DNA of 55,122 nucleotides, the filler included, from Sphacelaria rigidula (Eukaryota): the NCBI GenBank assembly GCA_964200075.2. It is 6 parts of 6 records of this genome, joined end to end, with 100 filler letters (N's around TTAATTAATTAA, not from the genome) between each part and the next. Parts side by side here need not be neighbours in the genome. Positions count along the whole stretch, not along the records: positions 18,412 to 27,515 come from CAXNAA020009289.1; positions 27,616 to 36,718 come from CAXNAA020009290.1; 4 more parts are not named here. The stretch is one strand, 5' to 3'. Positions 23,101 to 36,019 of this stretch are shown in pieces. The notes beneath the pieces are model-generated. The model searched no databases, was not told the DNA's origin, and saw nothing but the letters and a program-made list of their open reading frames with translations. A program made the position numbers and the translations under genes. Position 1 is the first letter of the stretch. Every line of letters begins with the position of its first letter.

Positions 23101-25830
23101 AAAGGATCCTCGCCAGCTAATGCCGACACAACAACTCCATTGTCAATTCTCTTCGATAAAACATCGCCGGGATACAGCGCAGTCTTCACGCATCACGGAA
23201 GACGATGGCTCAGATGCAGGTGGGCTCATCAACGGTAGTGTCTACGTGGGCTGGGGACATCGTAGCCCTGGGTGTAACCTCTTGCAGCAGGTCGGGTGGC
23301 TAGTGATTACATTGCAATCAGCTCAGGCGGCCATCAAAGTAACTGTGATGGATCTTGCACTCCTTTGACGCAACGCCGGAACCATGACCCGTGTGAAAAC
23401 ATCGGAAAGGGACATAAACACCTTTGAATAACGGTCGGCTTTATGGCGCAAGTTTGCGAATTGAACGCAGCAGACGGTTATATCAACAAACGGCTGGGTA
23501 TACTCACCAGCCATGCCACTGCAAAGCAGAGAGAATCTTCGCAAACTGAGGCACGTCAGACAAGGAGAAGGTCACCAACACACACGGGAATGTGACCTTG
23601 ATCACACGGGGCGAATATCGCATGGTATACAACCTAGGTGAAGCGGGGGATGGAGACAGCAACCGACAGTCAATATCATTACATGCTTTATTCGCGATCT
23701 ACTTTACGCGATGAGGAGCGGCGCGGAGATGGCAACAAATGTTTGGGTTCACGATCCCGGCAGAGTTGGTGTGAAGGTAAAGCTTCACTTATCTGTATTT
23801 CACGGTTCATGCGAAACAAGGACATACACTGAGAGTACGACTTCCCCTCCATTCCATATGAAGCGGGGACGACAGGAATTACAGTCAAAACAACACGCTA
23901 GATGTACGAAAGGGCGAATGATACCAAACGCGCAGGGTTGACTCCTTGAGAAGTCTACAGCGCGCTCGCACTGTTGTCAGCACGACTACTACTGGCTCAT
24001 TCCATCGAGTTTGCAAGGATTGTGTGCAAACCGAATCTGGGTACCCTTGTGCTAGGGAGATCCTGCAAAATGGTCCATGAACAGTTGACTCCTGGGTAGT
24101 CGTTCAAGTGGTGGTACAAAGCAGACCTGAAGCTGGCAATCCGTGAGGTTGAACACAGGGCAGTCGCGGCCTCCGAGGTACACCTGTTCCTCGATCTCTC
24201 CAATCGTGAACCCTAGATCTAAGAATGACTGCAAAGGGAAACGCAAAGGGCCGTTGGAAACAAGTTCACGGTCAATGGACCACAACGGCGTCATCCAGGA
24301 AGCCTTCGATACGAAACAAGAATAGAGTACATCCTTCACCATCAAAGCATCTTTTGTGTAGAAGTGACTCTTTTTGTTTTTGCCATACTATTGGCTACCG
24401 AAAGAGCTCCCGCAACTGTTTTCGTCGAGTAGACGCGCGTGTGTTTGCAACTTTCGCGGTCTTTCTCGAGGCTCCTGTGGTACCGGGAACCAAGAAGCTT
24501 CGCCGTTGAGTGAGGTAGATTTTGTACTTCACCCGCACACTCCTTGAGCAACCGAAAATACGCAGGTCGCAATAATACTAGACCTCCCGACATATGCATA
24601 CGCAGAGCTTAGATACGTTAGGCGTGCATCTCAACTGTTGTACACAGTATACCGCCGATATAAACCTCAGGCGTTCCGCCGTGACTGCTGCCAGTGTATG
24701 AACAGCAGCGGGCGTCCTTGGTCTTCATGCGGTGGCACACCCAAAGCAAATGTCTGCCGAATACTCACGAAATACAAACGGTATCCTTTGGCTGCCGTCT
24801 GAGATCGTCAAAACGTAGAGCTGTCAGCAACGCGCAAGTATTGCACACCCGACTTCGCTTAAAGTCCGGCTCACCGAGCATACGGTTGTAGATGATTATT
24901 GCCTACGCCAACCTTCGTGTTTCATGTTATATGTTGACATCTTCTATTCAAGCAATGGTCGTCACTCAAGTGAGAAAACGGGAGAGCCGTCATGTAAGCA
25001 TGAACATGTTTCACCTGTAGGGTGAAGTCGACCCCCGCAACGCCCAGAAATGCGGGGGGGTCGAAGTTGAGATCGTAGGCAGGACTCGCAACCGTGAATC
25101 CACGGATCGATCCTACGCCAGGAGAAAACTTGCAATGATGGGAAATACCGGACGACAGCAGAGGGAGGGTTGGCATTGCAACGACATACACAGGAAGAAG
25201 GAGGATACATCACGCCGCGTCACGTGATGAAAACAAATGTAGTCTTCTTTTTCCGAAGGACGCCTCCCCTGCCCTTGGAAACGTAGTAAGTTTGAAGGTC
25301 ATGTACCCTCGCATCTCACATCGTGAGAATCTTGCACGGAGAAACATTTGGTCAAAAGCCAAAGCGTTTGGTCGAACAGCCCAAGGGTACAACGACTCTT
25401 ACAACAGAGGGAACGCTGTTGGGTGCACAGATGCGTGTGGTAAGACGAACCAATTGCACCGCGTGAGAGTATCCCGGTGAACAAAATCTCGAGTAAATTT
25501 ACTGCATAGCAAAACGCAGGAGAGTTTACCATCATCGCCCGCGTGCAAACCGACGAAGGTGACGGTAATCATACATACTTCTCGTACATCCACCATCACG
25601 TTTGTAACTCATTTGACCGGGCTTACGCACCCCCTGATACAGACTCGTAGCCTCGAACTTGTCCAGCACTAATACCCCACGCCACAGAAGCGGCAGATAC
25701 ATCGACTGATCCCGACGAGATCTTGATCAATGATAAAGCTGTCGACTTCGTGGAAACAGCCACTGTTGAAAGAAATCGAAGTCGAGAAAGATGAGATATC
25801 GTGGGCTGCCAACAACCCGAATATTCCCTC

Positions 25831-26117
25831 GGTCAAAGTGAAGACATTAGAGAGTTTCGGAAAATGTGTTTTCGCCTTAGAGCCAGAGTGTAAGGACTTG
25901 AGAGGGTTGGGTTTTTGAAGTTAAGAGTGTGTGTTGTCATTCCATCTATCCTGGACGTCAATCTACAACTGGTGTTGTAGACTGGCGTCCAGGATAGATG
26001 GAATGACAACACACACTCTGAACCTTCAAAAGTTTCCACTCCCAACTTGTTTCACTCTGACTCTGGGGCGAAAAGTCAACGTCCGAAACTCTCTATTTTC
26101 CTAACCTGCGTTTGACC
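25831..26117. repeat. Palindrome (MITE-like) with a near-perfect central hairpin
   Basis: Arms 25924-25969 and 25974-26019 (46 bp, 2 mismatches, TGGT loop); degenerate outer arms extend to ggtcaaa/tttgacc. Confidence 0.9.
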
Positions 26118-26682
26118 GCACCACCGGGACAGTAACAGAACGCTCCACCGCGATACATGAAAAGCTATAGTAGCAGATTCACGCCTCACGCACCGCCGGG
26201 TCAGAACGACCAGTTATTTTTCGGTTCTGATTGTGTGATACGTTTTGCTTTCCAGTGACATACTGTGGGGAAACCAAGCGTGCGTCTTTGAGATAAAAGC
26301 CTATGCTTGTTTTTTCCTATATTTTGAATCGAGTGAATACATTCGACAGTATTTTTCTATGGGAATTTCCAACAACAAACTACTGATCCCGGTAAGGGTC
26401 GACCGACGATGATGATTTCATCAGGCGCATACGTACATCGAGCAAAAACGTGCGACCACAACCATCTAGAAAAAACTGAAGCAAAGCCTCGGTAGCGATG
26501 TACACAACTTACCGTGTAGATGCTGGAGAATGCCGTGTAATCCACGTTCTTGCCGAGCCCGATCGCATAGTACCTTAAAATATGTCATCAATTGGGGGAA
26601 CAATACCGACGTTATTGATGCCAGCTACGTTGAAAAAGGTAAAACAATATGGCGAAACTCGAATACCTTTGTAATGCGTGGG

Positions 26683-26857
26683 GCGTGCTTGGGGGACCGC
26701 ATCGGGGTTCGAAAAACCTCAGGATCGACGTTTTTCACAACCAATCGGGCCAGTCCCTGCGCGGACCACGCCCATGACCTCAACCCCAACACTAACCCTA
26801 ACCCTAGCCAAAGGAATGTTTGAATTTCCGATGCGGTCCCTCGAGCACGCGGTCCTC
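26683..26857. mobile_element. Short inverted-repeat-bounded element with a telomere-like core
   Basis: Perfect IR GGGACCGCATCGG (26693-705) and CCGATGCGGTCCC (26828-40), extendable to about 23 bp; the core contains ctaaccctaacccta. Confidence 0.6.
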
Positions 26858-27515
26858 CCACGCAGTGCACTTTGAGTAAACAAATAGACCGCCGTCTCAG
26901 TTTCTGCCGTTTACACGGTAGTTCTGCTTTATAGGTTCGTTATCGCTACCTTGAAAGCGAGATGAACCGACAGCACGTAAGTCGACCGACATTTCTCATT
27001 GCAGTCATACGTAAAAACACGATTGTTGCCATTTGTACCATTGTTCCACACTTGTTTGCCCCCTACCCTCGAGACCGATGGCGACGTAGCGTCTACCACG
27101 AGGATCAGCACTCCGATACACCAGGTTCACCACAGTGCAAGAGGGCAAGGAGTACTGAACATGTATCCGGCGAAGTCACGCACCTACTGTTGAGCTAGCT
27201 AAAGAGTTCCATCTCCGACAAGGTAGACACAGCGCATGCCTACAGTGAAACTCTTCGCCTGGTATTTATCAGAGCCACGAATGTCTCGTTGATGCTATAC
27301 TCCCCGGACCCGTGCATATGCCCCCCTCTGATTTTGTTTGAAAGGAAATTCCGATGACCAAGAGGTTTCGCAGTACTACCTTTCCATCCGGCCTCGGCCC
27401 GAGCGCTGAGGCCGGGTTGGGCTGGCTGACGGCAGCGGCCCAAAGAAAGAGGCAGCAACTTGGCTAGTACGGAGTATCTGTGATATCTACTGGCAATATA
27501 CTTCGTACAACGCCC

Positions 27516-27615
27516 NNNNNNNNNNNNNNNNNNNNNNNNNNNNNNNNNNNNNNNNNNNNTTAATTAATTAANNNNNNNNNNNNNNNNNNNNNNNNNNNNN
27601 NNNNNNNNNNNNNNN
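27516..27615. other. Artificial scaffold linker
   Basis: Same 100-nt N/TTAATTAATTAA structure. Confidence 0.99.
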
Positions 27616-27789
27616 TTCCCCCGCCCCTGCCCGAAAAGCCCAATGGACAAAGGGCAAAGAAAAAAAAAAAATTGGTCCCCCCCCCCCCCCCCCCCGGTAT
27701 CGATCGAGGGCACTTGTGGGCGGTACTTCCCTCGGGTTTTGTCGCATACTGGCTATCTCCTCAAACCTCATTTCATTGATCAACCTCAT

Positions 27790-30130
27790 TGTATGGAATT
27801 CCCTGTTAACTACTGTTAGCGTGCGTACGCCGTGGGGGGCTGTGCAGTTGCAGCCCACTACTTTCGCTGTCATGCCCGGTAAGGATAAGGTGGTTCTATT
27901 TGGGATAGCGACAACGAAGGAGCTTGGGATTGGTTTATATCCGCTGGCGTTGGAGAAGGTACGTCCGCGTGCTGTGCCGGTGCAAACCGGCGTGGAAAAC
28001 TCCAGTTACCTTGATGCAAGGCGTGTGATCGTATCCATACGGTCACTCAAGAGCGCCATAAAGGAGGAGGCTCCTGCTGATGAAGCGCTTGGTCGATCGG
28101 AGGCTGGATATATATGTTCATGGACCCAGCAGAGGAGGAAGGTTAAAACAAATGTGCGCTTGAGGATAGTGTGCGGCAGGCCGAGCAGAAGGGCCTGAGT
28201 GCCGATGGCGCATATTGTCTGCGCGATATCTTGGCTCGTCGCGTAGATGCATTTCGTCGTGCGCTGCGTGGTGATCCGCCAGCGCGCCTGCAGCCAATGA
28301 AGGAAGCTGTGAAGGCCAAGCCTCGCCGCTGCGATCCGGTGAAGACCGTGTGGCTTGCTTTGTGCATCGCAGTTTTGGTGGCACTCGGTTCGTTAGTTAG
28401 GAATATTTCAGGCTGTGTGGGCGAGTCCGGCGATGGCGGCGCCGAAGAGGGACACATTCCGTTTGGTCAGCGACTATCAGGCGGTGAACGCGCGAGTGCA
28501 ACATTCTCCGGGGGTGATGCCAAGCCAAGGAAACATGCGGGAGTTGCTGGGAGCCCAACAACAACATCGGTATGTCGGTGAACATATTCCTGGAGAGCAC
28601 ATTTTTGGGGGAAATTTGTTGTCTCGCTTGGTCAAGGTTCCTACCGTGCCTGTTCGTTCTGTTGCCGTGTACAGTCCGTGTGATGCCGGTGATTCGCTGC
28701 CCTCGTGAGATGTCATTCGTACCGCGCAGCGCGAAACAGTCGGCGACGATGTTCATTCTTTTCTTACGACTTTCGGTCAAGCTACTATGGCTGACGATGG
28801 TTTGTTTAGCGTGCGTGCTGGCAGTAATGATGTTTTGCGGATTCCGTCGGATGATAGGGCTCTATGAGCTCGCTTGATGGTGTGCACTCACATGCGGTCG
28901 GCTGGTGACCGTGGTGTGGCGCCGACTCTCTTTCGTTTGAAAGAATACTGTGTGTGGCCTCACATGGTTTCCCACGTTCGCGAGTTCGTTCACCAGTGTT
29001 TGCATTGTGTAGACACTCGTGCTGGTGAGACTGTACCTTATCCGTATGGCGATACTGTGCATGGCACTGCGCCAGGTGATGTTATTCAATTTGGTTTTCT
29101 GTGCGTCGGAAGTAGCGGACCTGAAGGTACTAATGATTTGCCTGAGAAGGATTGTTTTCGGTACGTTCTGGTTATCATGGATGATTTGTTCAATTTCGTT
29201 TGCTTGGAGGGGACCGAGGCTTGCACCGCCGAGGTTACGGCTGAGCACTTGCTCCATTGGTGCAAGACTTTGGGGGTGCCGCGTGTTTGGGTTAGTGATA
29301 CCGCCACTCACTTCAAGAATCGAGTGATCGCGCAGCTGAGCGATGCGCTGAAGGTGGAACACCAATTTGCTGCTGCGTATACCCCTTGGTCGATTGGTGC
29401 TTGTGAACGCATGGTGAAAGTTGGTTATCCGTGCGTTGCGGTCTATTTTGTCGAAACAGCGACGGTCGGTGTCTGAATGGATTGATGTTTCGCCAGCCGC
29501 TCAGTGGGCGTTGAATTTTGTTTTTTGTGAATGCTACCGTAAAACTCCGTATTGTGTGAGGTTTGCGCGTACGCCGCGTACAGCGTTTTCCGCGCTGGCT
29601 TCTGTCACTGGCGGCGAGTGGACCGTGGATGTCGTGGATGCTGATTCGTTGCGTGACATGGTTCGAGGCGTGGTTGACGAGCAAGTGCGGTTTTGTAACG
29701 AAGTGCAAGCTGCTATCGCGGTGTCTCGCGAAACCAAACGCAAACTTGCTCAGGGCCAGGCTGTGTTGCTCAAGTTTGCAGTTGGCAATTTCGTATTGTA
29801 TGCCCGTGTTCGGAGGCAAGGTGTGACTCCAAAGTTGACGTCCACGTGGACATGTCCGTGGCGAGTGGTCGGAGCCTATCACGCTCACGTATATTCGATG
29901 CAGAACATTGTTTCTGGCGCCGTGTACTCGGCCCATGTCGCTCGTTGACGTTTCTATGCTGACTCGCAGATTGCACATCACTGCGGAACTAAAATATGTA
30001 TTTTAGCATTCGTATGCTCAAGGTGAATGTTGGGTAAATGCTTTGGTGCACGTCGATGAGGACGACAGTGGTGATGACATTGTTTGGGTTGATTGAAAAG
30101 GGTTCGGTGCTGAAGAAATTGCAAAATTCT
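27790..30130 (+). mobile_element. Degraded Ty3/Gypsy pol with chromodomain (protease tail, RT N-terminus, RNase H tail, integrase, chromodomain)
   Basis: RT WASPAMAAPKRDTFRLVSDYQAVN; RNase H end HIPGEH...LLSR; integrase H..WPHM..CLHC, YVLVIMDD, GVPRVWVSDTATHF, YTPWSIGACERM; GPY/F-like PKLTSTWTCPWRV; chromodomain VWVD*KGFGAEE; frameshifts and stops. Confidence 0.93.
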
Positions 30131-30193
30131 AGACGATGCCGTCTATATTCATTGTGTTTGAATGAAGTTGCAACAATAAATAGCGGTACAATA

Positions 30194-30448
30194 TGTTACG
30201 GTTCAACAAAACAACGAACCATGTAAGAGCGTTTCATTAGTATTCTTTTCATGTAGAGTAGCTCTTTTGTGTTGGTTTATAGTCTACCTGTGTGAGTGAT
30301 GTTTTTAGGTAGAATATTGCTAGAGTAGGCGTGTTGCCATGATTTGTCAATGAAAGATACTCTAGCAGAGTATTAACGTAAGCTGCAGGATATCTTGTGT
30401 GCAACTTTGCAGTTAATCTAAGCTGGCAAGGCTACCGCGTCAGCAACA
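30194..30448 (+). repeat. Putative 3' LTR of the Gypsy element
   Basis: TGTT...AACA termini directly after the chromodomain; no clear polypurine tract. Confidence 0.55.
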
Positions 30449-30997
30449 GCGAGGTTTAATTGAATGATACATTAGATTAGACCTTACTTACGTGTAGAGT
30501 TTTTGATTATTTCTTCAGGATTGAGCATGGTTGTAGTCGGTGGTTCCTATCGCCCTTGCAATCACTCTCCCAAGCTTACCTCTAGCTCTTCTTCATTTCC
30601 TCAACACTCTACTTGCCAAAGAGGCTGCCTTGATTTTGTTCGGCCGAAGAGAAGAGCCCGAAACACCATTTTTGTCTTTAAAATTCCTGTCTGCTGCAGA
30701 AGCAAGTGGTTTGACCACCACTGTGCAACCTCTGCTAAACTACTGTCTTCGGGACAGTAGTCGGTCCGTTTTGAGAACAGTACCAGACGCCACGAGCGAC
30801 GAATATTTCCAACAAAGAACGTACGTGGGAGTCTTTTCGCAAGATGCACCCTTCTGCGCCTGAATTCGTTTTGAAGGAACTGCGTAAAATGCGGTTGACT
30901 CGGGGTCTGACCAGTAAATTTGCGTCGGAGTATGGTATTTCTTTGTGATCTGGCGCATGCGATTTCGCCTTAGTTTTGTTGGTTGTCAAGCTCGTTC

Positions 30998-31260
30998 GTT
31001 TGTAGCCAAATGATACCAAGCCGTAGGTTTCAGGAAATCGCATGCGTGGTTGGAGCACTCGCAGGGCACCGGGGATCCTGGATTGATGACCCCCATCTGT
31101 GTGGCCCCTTGCTGTCTAGCTCTCGATTTAGTTTGTTGAGGATCACTCCGTGGTAGTAACAAGTGAGAAGAAACGACTTGTTGAGCACGACGCCAGTGCT
31201 ACTGGAGGAGTCCCTCGTGAATAGTCTTCTTGTCCAGATCGTCTGGCAGAGGTTATAACA
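30998..31260 (+). mobile_element. Solo LTR related to the LTR at 47319-47572
   Basis: Shares the 5' ttgtagcc.aa.tg.t.ccaagccg and the 3' cttgtccagatcgtctggcagagg.tataaCA with that LTR; no internal sequence follows. Confidence 0.75.
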
Positions 31261-32212
31261 CGTATTGCGTGCCCAATACATATTGATGCCGTTGAACTAC
31301 ATGCATATTGCCCGCCCAATATACGTGTATATATATATATAAATATCGGTACCGTGGGGTTGAATACATATTGCCCCATGAACATGTATTGGGACAGTGT
31401 GAGCGACGGCATATTGCACGACCGATACTCAGTGGGGTCACATTGATGATAACAGTTTGACCGATCAATATATATATATATATATATATATATTGGGTCT
31501 GCGTGCGTGCCTATGTATTGGCCGCGATAAATATATATCGGATATTGTAACTAGGATGTACGCTTTGAAAAAGATCCAGACGCGACGGATGCCGGAGTCC
31601 GTGCAGATTGGGAAACGTTTCAAAGGGAGCCGCAGAAGTTCGCGTGCATTGCTACGAAGAGTTATCGAATTCGTTTGATGAACATATATGTATACCATTC
31701 AGACAATATGGTGGGAGAAGAGACGGCCCGGTATGTATGCCTTCTCATAGCTATCTGGCCACCGGCACGGGGCCGCCCATTGTCACAAAGCTGTAAGGCT
31801 TTATCACAGAATCTCTCACTGTTGTGCAGGAACACACCAAGCACAGCAGTGCAATCCCTTGTCTGGGATACAACTCGTGACGGGTTCACGCACAATAGGT
31901 TGATAACTACTTGACTCAAGGCTCTTGTTTAAGATATGCTCTTTGTCTTGCTCACTTTCTTCTTGCTCAATGCTTTTCCGCGCTTATGTCTCACCAATCA
32001 GGCAACAGTCAGATGCTCTTTCCTGGGGAGCTCAGCAGTGACTCCCATGTGCTGTCTCAGGCTCTAATGATACCCTTTTGTAGATGTACACACTATATCT
32101 GACCCTCCGATCAGACCCGTTATCCAAAATCCAAACATCGAAAGATCGATGCTGCTTGTCTTCATGACACGACCCAACCGCCAGAAGGTTAAGAGGTTAC
32201 CAACTGAGCCAC

Positions 32213-32488
32213 CTGGGCGACCGGGTACGAGACTTGAAAATAACCGAGCGGGCGGGTACGGTAGGTACAGTAATGAAATCTTGAAACATCGTGGTATCGC
32301 AGGTATCGTTGGTATGAGTTTTGGAAATACCTGATTGAGCGGGTACGGTAGGTACCGGTATCTCAAAATACCGCGGTATCGTAGGTATCGTAGGTATGGC
32401 ATTTGAAAATACCCGATTGGACAGGTATCGGTAGGGTATGAGATCTTCCGAATACCGGTACCGGGTACCTACCTTACCTACGGGCCCA
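32213..32488. repeat. GGTACGGTAGGTA-rich repeat (MITE subterminal type)
   Basis: Repeated attgagcgggtacggtaggta motif; a longer diverged copy lies at about 36020-36505. Confidence 0.7.
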
Positions 32489-32673
32489 ATATTTTAAGTA
32501 CTGTACTCTACATGTACAGTATTATATACAAGATTATATATACTGACTGTACCAGTGCTGTGCTGTCCCACGCGGTAATGGTAGTGCTACTGTAGCTCAA
32601 TGCGGAACACACAGCAAGTTGGATGAGGTAAGTGTTCTCGACAACAAAGATATGGCTACAGGTCATGGCTTAC

Positions 32674-33114
32674 CTTGAGGCGGAGAGGCACGCATCGCCG
32701 ACCTGAGGCGTCCTCCTTGCCCGACGTAAGCCATGGCTTCTCGCGGTTTGCCCCTCAACTACCTTCATGAGCTCGACATATATATGCAGGATAGGGAATG
32801 CGAAACGGTCCTGGAATTTTCGGGCTGCTCACGACTCCGGCTCAAGTAGTGGTGTCCGCAAGCCTTCTCCCCCAGGCTGTGTCATCATAATCCGGCCTCT
32901 CGTACACGGCCCGGCGTGCTGGCGCTTTCGGGCCGTCATCGTTGTCGTCGGTATCACCACCTGGCGGGTGCCGGGTGCCCTGTCTTCAGACTGCATCTTG
33001 TCGACCAGTTTCCTTGCCGGCCGCCAACAACATTGTGTTCACGTTGGTCACCGCGGCCTCGGCCGCAGCCATGCGTATGTCGTCATCGGAAGAGTCAGAG
33101 TCGTTGACTCTCAT
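32674..33114 (-). pseudogene. PIF/Harbinger transposase N-terminal fragment (first exon, frameshifted)
   Basis: YERPDYDDTAWGRRL, ARKFQDRF, FRIPYPAY, VELMK and PWLTSGKEDASGRRCVPLRLK, followed by a GTAAG donor; matches the Harbinger N-terminal pattern FRRRFRxPY...DxxGR..PLxLK. Confidence 0.7.
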
Positions 33115-33204
33115 GTCTCTCTAGCGTTGACGACTGGAGTCTGTGCGAGGCGCGGGCTGCACAGAAGGTATAGTACTGGTGGTGTCCGCAGGAGGCGTTT
33201 CCTG

Positions 33205-33410
33205 TGATGAAGATTTTTATCTGGGTTTTTTTCTCAGACAAAAATGTATACTTTTCTGTCTGGGATCGGCCGAGTTTTCGGCCCGGACAAAAATCTGAAA
33301 TTTTTATCGAGCGATTTTCCTTCTATAGGAAGTGGCTGGACAAAAATCTTGGACCAAAAGTGGGAAAAAATATTTATTTTGGTGATTTTTGTTTATTATA
33401 AGAAGCGGCC
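33205..33410 (-). mobile_element. Terminal region of the Harbinger element carrying the transposase fragment
   Basis: The minus-strand end GGCCGCTTCTTA abuts TTA at 33411-13 and resembles the MITE TIRs. Confidence 0.6.
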
Positions 33411-33413
33411 TTA

Positions 33414-33891
33414 GGCCGTTTCTTCCGGTTCGTATTTTGTTTGGCTCGTATTTCCCACTTTGAGGACATTTGACGAGGTTTTTGACCCCTAAACAGGAAA
33501 AATCGCCACCGCACGTCTTGGACACTTTGTATCACCCCACCGTGAGGATCCTAGCCCACTTTTCAGCTGCGCTTGGGTCAGAGATTTCGAGAGCGGCCTC
33601 TGGACAAAAATACGAGAAGAACATATATTGCACAGTCTGTTGGTATTTGCAGATGAAAATACTTAAAGACTGTGCAATATATGTTTTTCTCGTTTTTTTG
33701 TCCAGGAGCCGCTCTTGAAATCTCTGACCCAGGCGAATCGGAACAGGGGGCTAGGCTCCTCTCGGTGGGGTGATACAAAGTGTCCAAGACGTGTGGTGGC
33801 GATTTTCCCTGTTTAGGGGTCAAAAACCTCGTCAAATGTCCTAAAAGTGGGAAATGCGAGCCAAACAAAATACGAACCGGAAGATACGGCC
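33414..33891. mobile_element. Palindromic Tourist-like MITE, 478 bp, TTA TSD
   Basis: TTA|GGCCGT...ACGGCC|TTA (TSD 33411-13 and 33892-94); high-identity inverted arms of about 225 bp. Confidence 0.93.
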
Positions 33892-36019
33892 TTAGACCGA
33901 GAGATTAGTTTTTCTCGATCATGCATACTTTTCTTCACTTGAAATTGATGCCGATTCAACAGAAGACTAACCTCGCGGTCTAAGGGTTAACCACACGTGA
34001 ACGCTCCCTATCGCTTCTGCTGGTGATTGATAGACACGCATGAACTGCACCGCTTCTCAGCAGTAGGTTTTACACAGCTTCACGTACTGGACAGTCCACG
34101 AATGTGACCCGCGTTTCTCGACAGGACTGAGTACAGCAACCCAGTAGTACTCACAGGTGGACAGTAGAATTCGTGAAACTCTCTTGCACGGCACAGACAG
34201 TAGTCTATACCGTCCGCTCTTCTTGTAAGCAGTGTGTCTTGAGTGCGTCCATGAGTGTTTCGTCCAGTAGGATTGCGAAAAACATCGGGCCACGTGCAGT
34301 GCAGAGAGTAGGGGACTATCACTTCTCTCTGTTGACAATGCGACGTGAACATGACTTCAACAACGTGCATCTTTGTACCGCCTGCACGTCACAAGCGTAC
34401 ACGCAACTCGGTTGCCCTCCGCCCCACCCAGTTCCGTCGCTGATTTCTACCACGAGAGAAGATGCGCAGATTTTTGTCAACAAAAAGTCAACTACGCATA
34501 CCGAACTATCCAGCGTATCCATCTCTGTGCTCAAGTCCTACTCGATGGTGCAGGGTTGTGGTGGTAGCTGGGAATGAGTTGGATGAACTTTCCACCTGTC
34601 TGGCACGGTGGTCCGTAGTACAGGAGTCGAGTGCCGCGTCGTGCCTTCCGACCGCATATTGTCAACACGAAAAGCTGCCGCTTCTTTGTTTTGTAGGTTT
34701 TCTGCGCGTGCCACCATTGCAAATTTTACGTGCGCCCATCACATGAAAAAAAATCGACCGCACTTGAGAGGACTGTCGTACATAATAGAGGTATCTCGAA
34801 CTCGTATCCCCGTTTCCCACTTTGTTTTGTTCTATCTCTCCACGCGACGACAGTCATTGTAGTTCATGACGTGACGAGACCGTTTGACCGCCAGATCAGG
34901 TCGTCGTACGCATCGCGATCACTTTCGCTCGAGAAATTGTAGAAAACCCACTGCCAGCGAAATGAACAGAGCACCGGGGTTGACCCTTGGACGGCGAGGG
35001 TAGTCTACCTGGATCATGCATACTTTTCCAAGTGAAACTGATGCAGATTCCACACATGACCTGTACTATTGCTGTCTGAAGAGTTTATTAACAGATACCT
35101 CGTAATAATGAGTTCATTTGTTCAAGGCTCGACGATTATGGACTTTTGTAAGGCGCAACCAAGACTTGAAAAAATCTAAAGCACAACCCAAAGTTCCGAA
35201 ACAAATCAAAAACAAAATTCACAACGAGAAAAATACAGACTGACTCTACCCAGCAGCGACCTCGTCGCAGTGGGTGCGCAAGCTATCGCGCGATAATCCG
35301 TGACTTTCTGTTCTTGGATGTTGACCAGTCCCCCTTTTTTCGGGCCTTGTGAACACTCCCCCCCCCCCTACCCCCCGCGAAACCGGGGTGGGGGGGGTGG
35401 GGGGTACTTCTTGAAGCCGACGCGGGAAAGAACCGTACACATAGACCGAATAAACTTCAACCATCTCACCAAGATGGAAACAAACACACCCAAACAAGAC
35501 GAGAAAAATAAAATAAAAAACGAAAACAAGAATCAACCGTTCTACCCCTCTTCCACCCTCCCTCGACTAACAGGGCGGCGGGCGGGCAAATTGATTCGAA
35601 CACTTTCGGGAACCGCCACTTGTACTGTACTTGACTGTCTTGCACCTGTCGCTGTTTGTTTCGTTGCTCACTACTTGCGAAGGCGGAGTGCTTCTTGGGC
35701 TTGGGATCTGAACATAACCGAGCGAGGGTAAACGGATGTGCATTATGTTCTCTCACAGTGACAGCGACCATCCTGTGGTGTTGTCATCCACCACTCCGTG
35801 ACCTGACCCTATAATTCGTCATCCGCCAACAATACTACCATTCGAATTTAACCAGCCACGAGAATCAGGGGGAATCTGGGTATGTGTGTATCTAAAACTC
35901 GTGAAAACAATACGCACCTGCTCCGACAATTCCAGAAGATATGGCCTTCGCGCAAGTTGAGACCACCCGCTGCGCCGTGGAGAGTGCATCGCCTCCATAA
36001 TTTACAGGGTATACCCCCC

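Noticed and set aside
23380..23400. Helitron helicase FSHG motif on the minus strand
   Set aside because: A four-residue match without the following QLYVALSR or other Pif1 motifs
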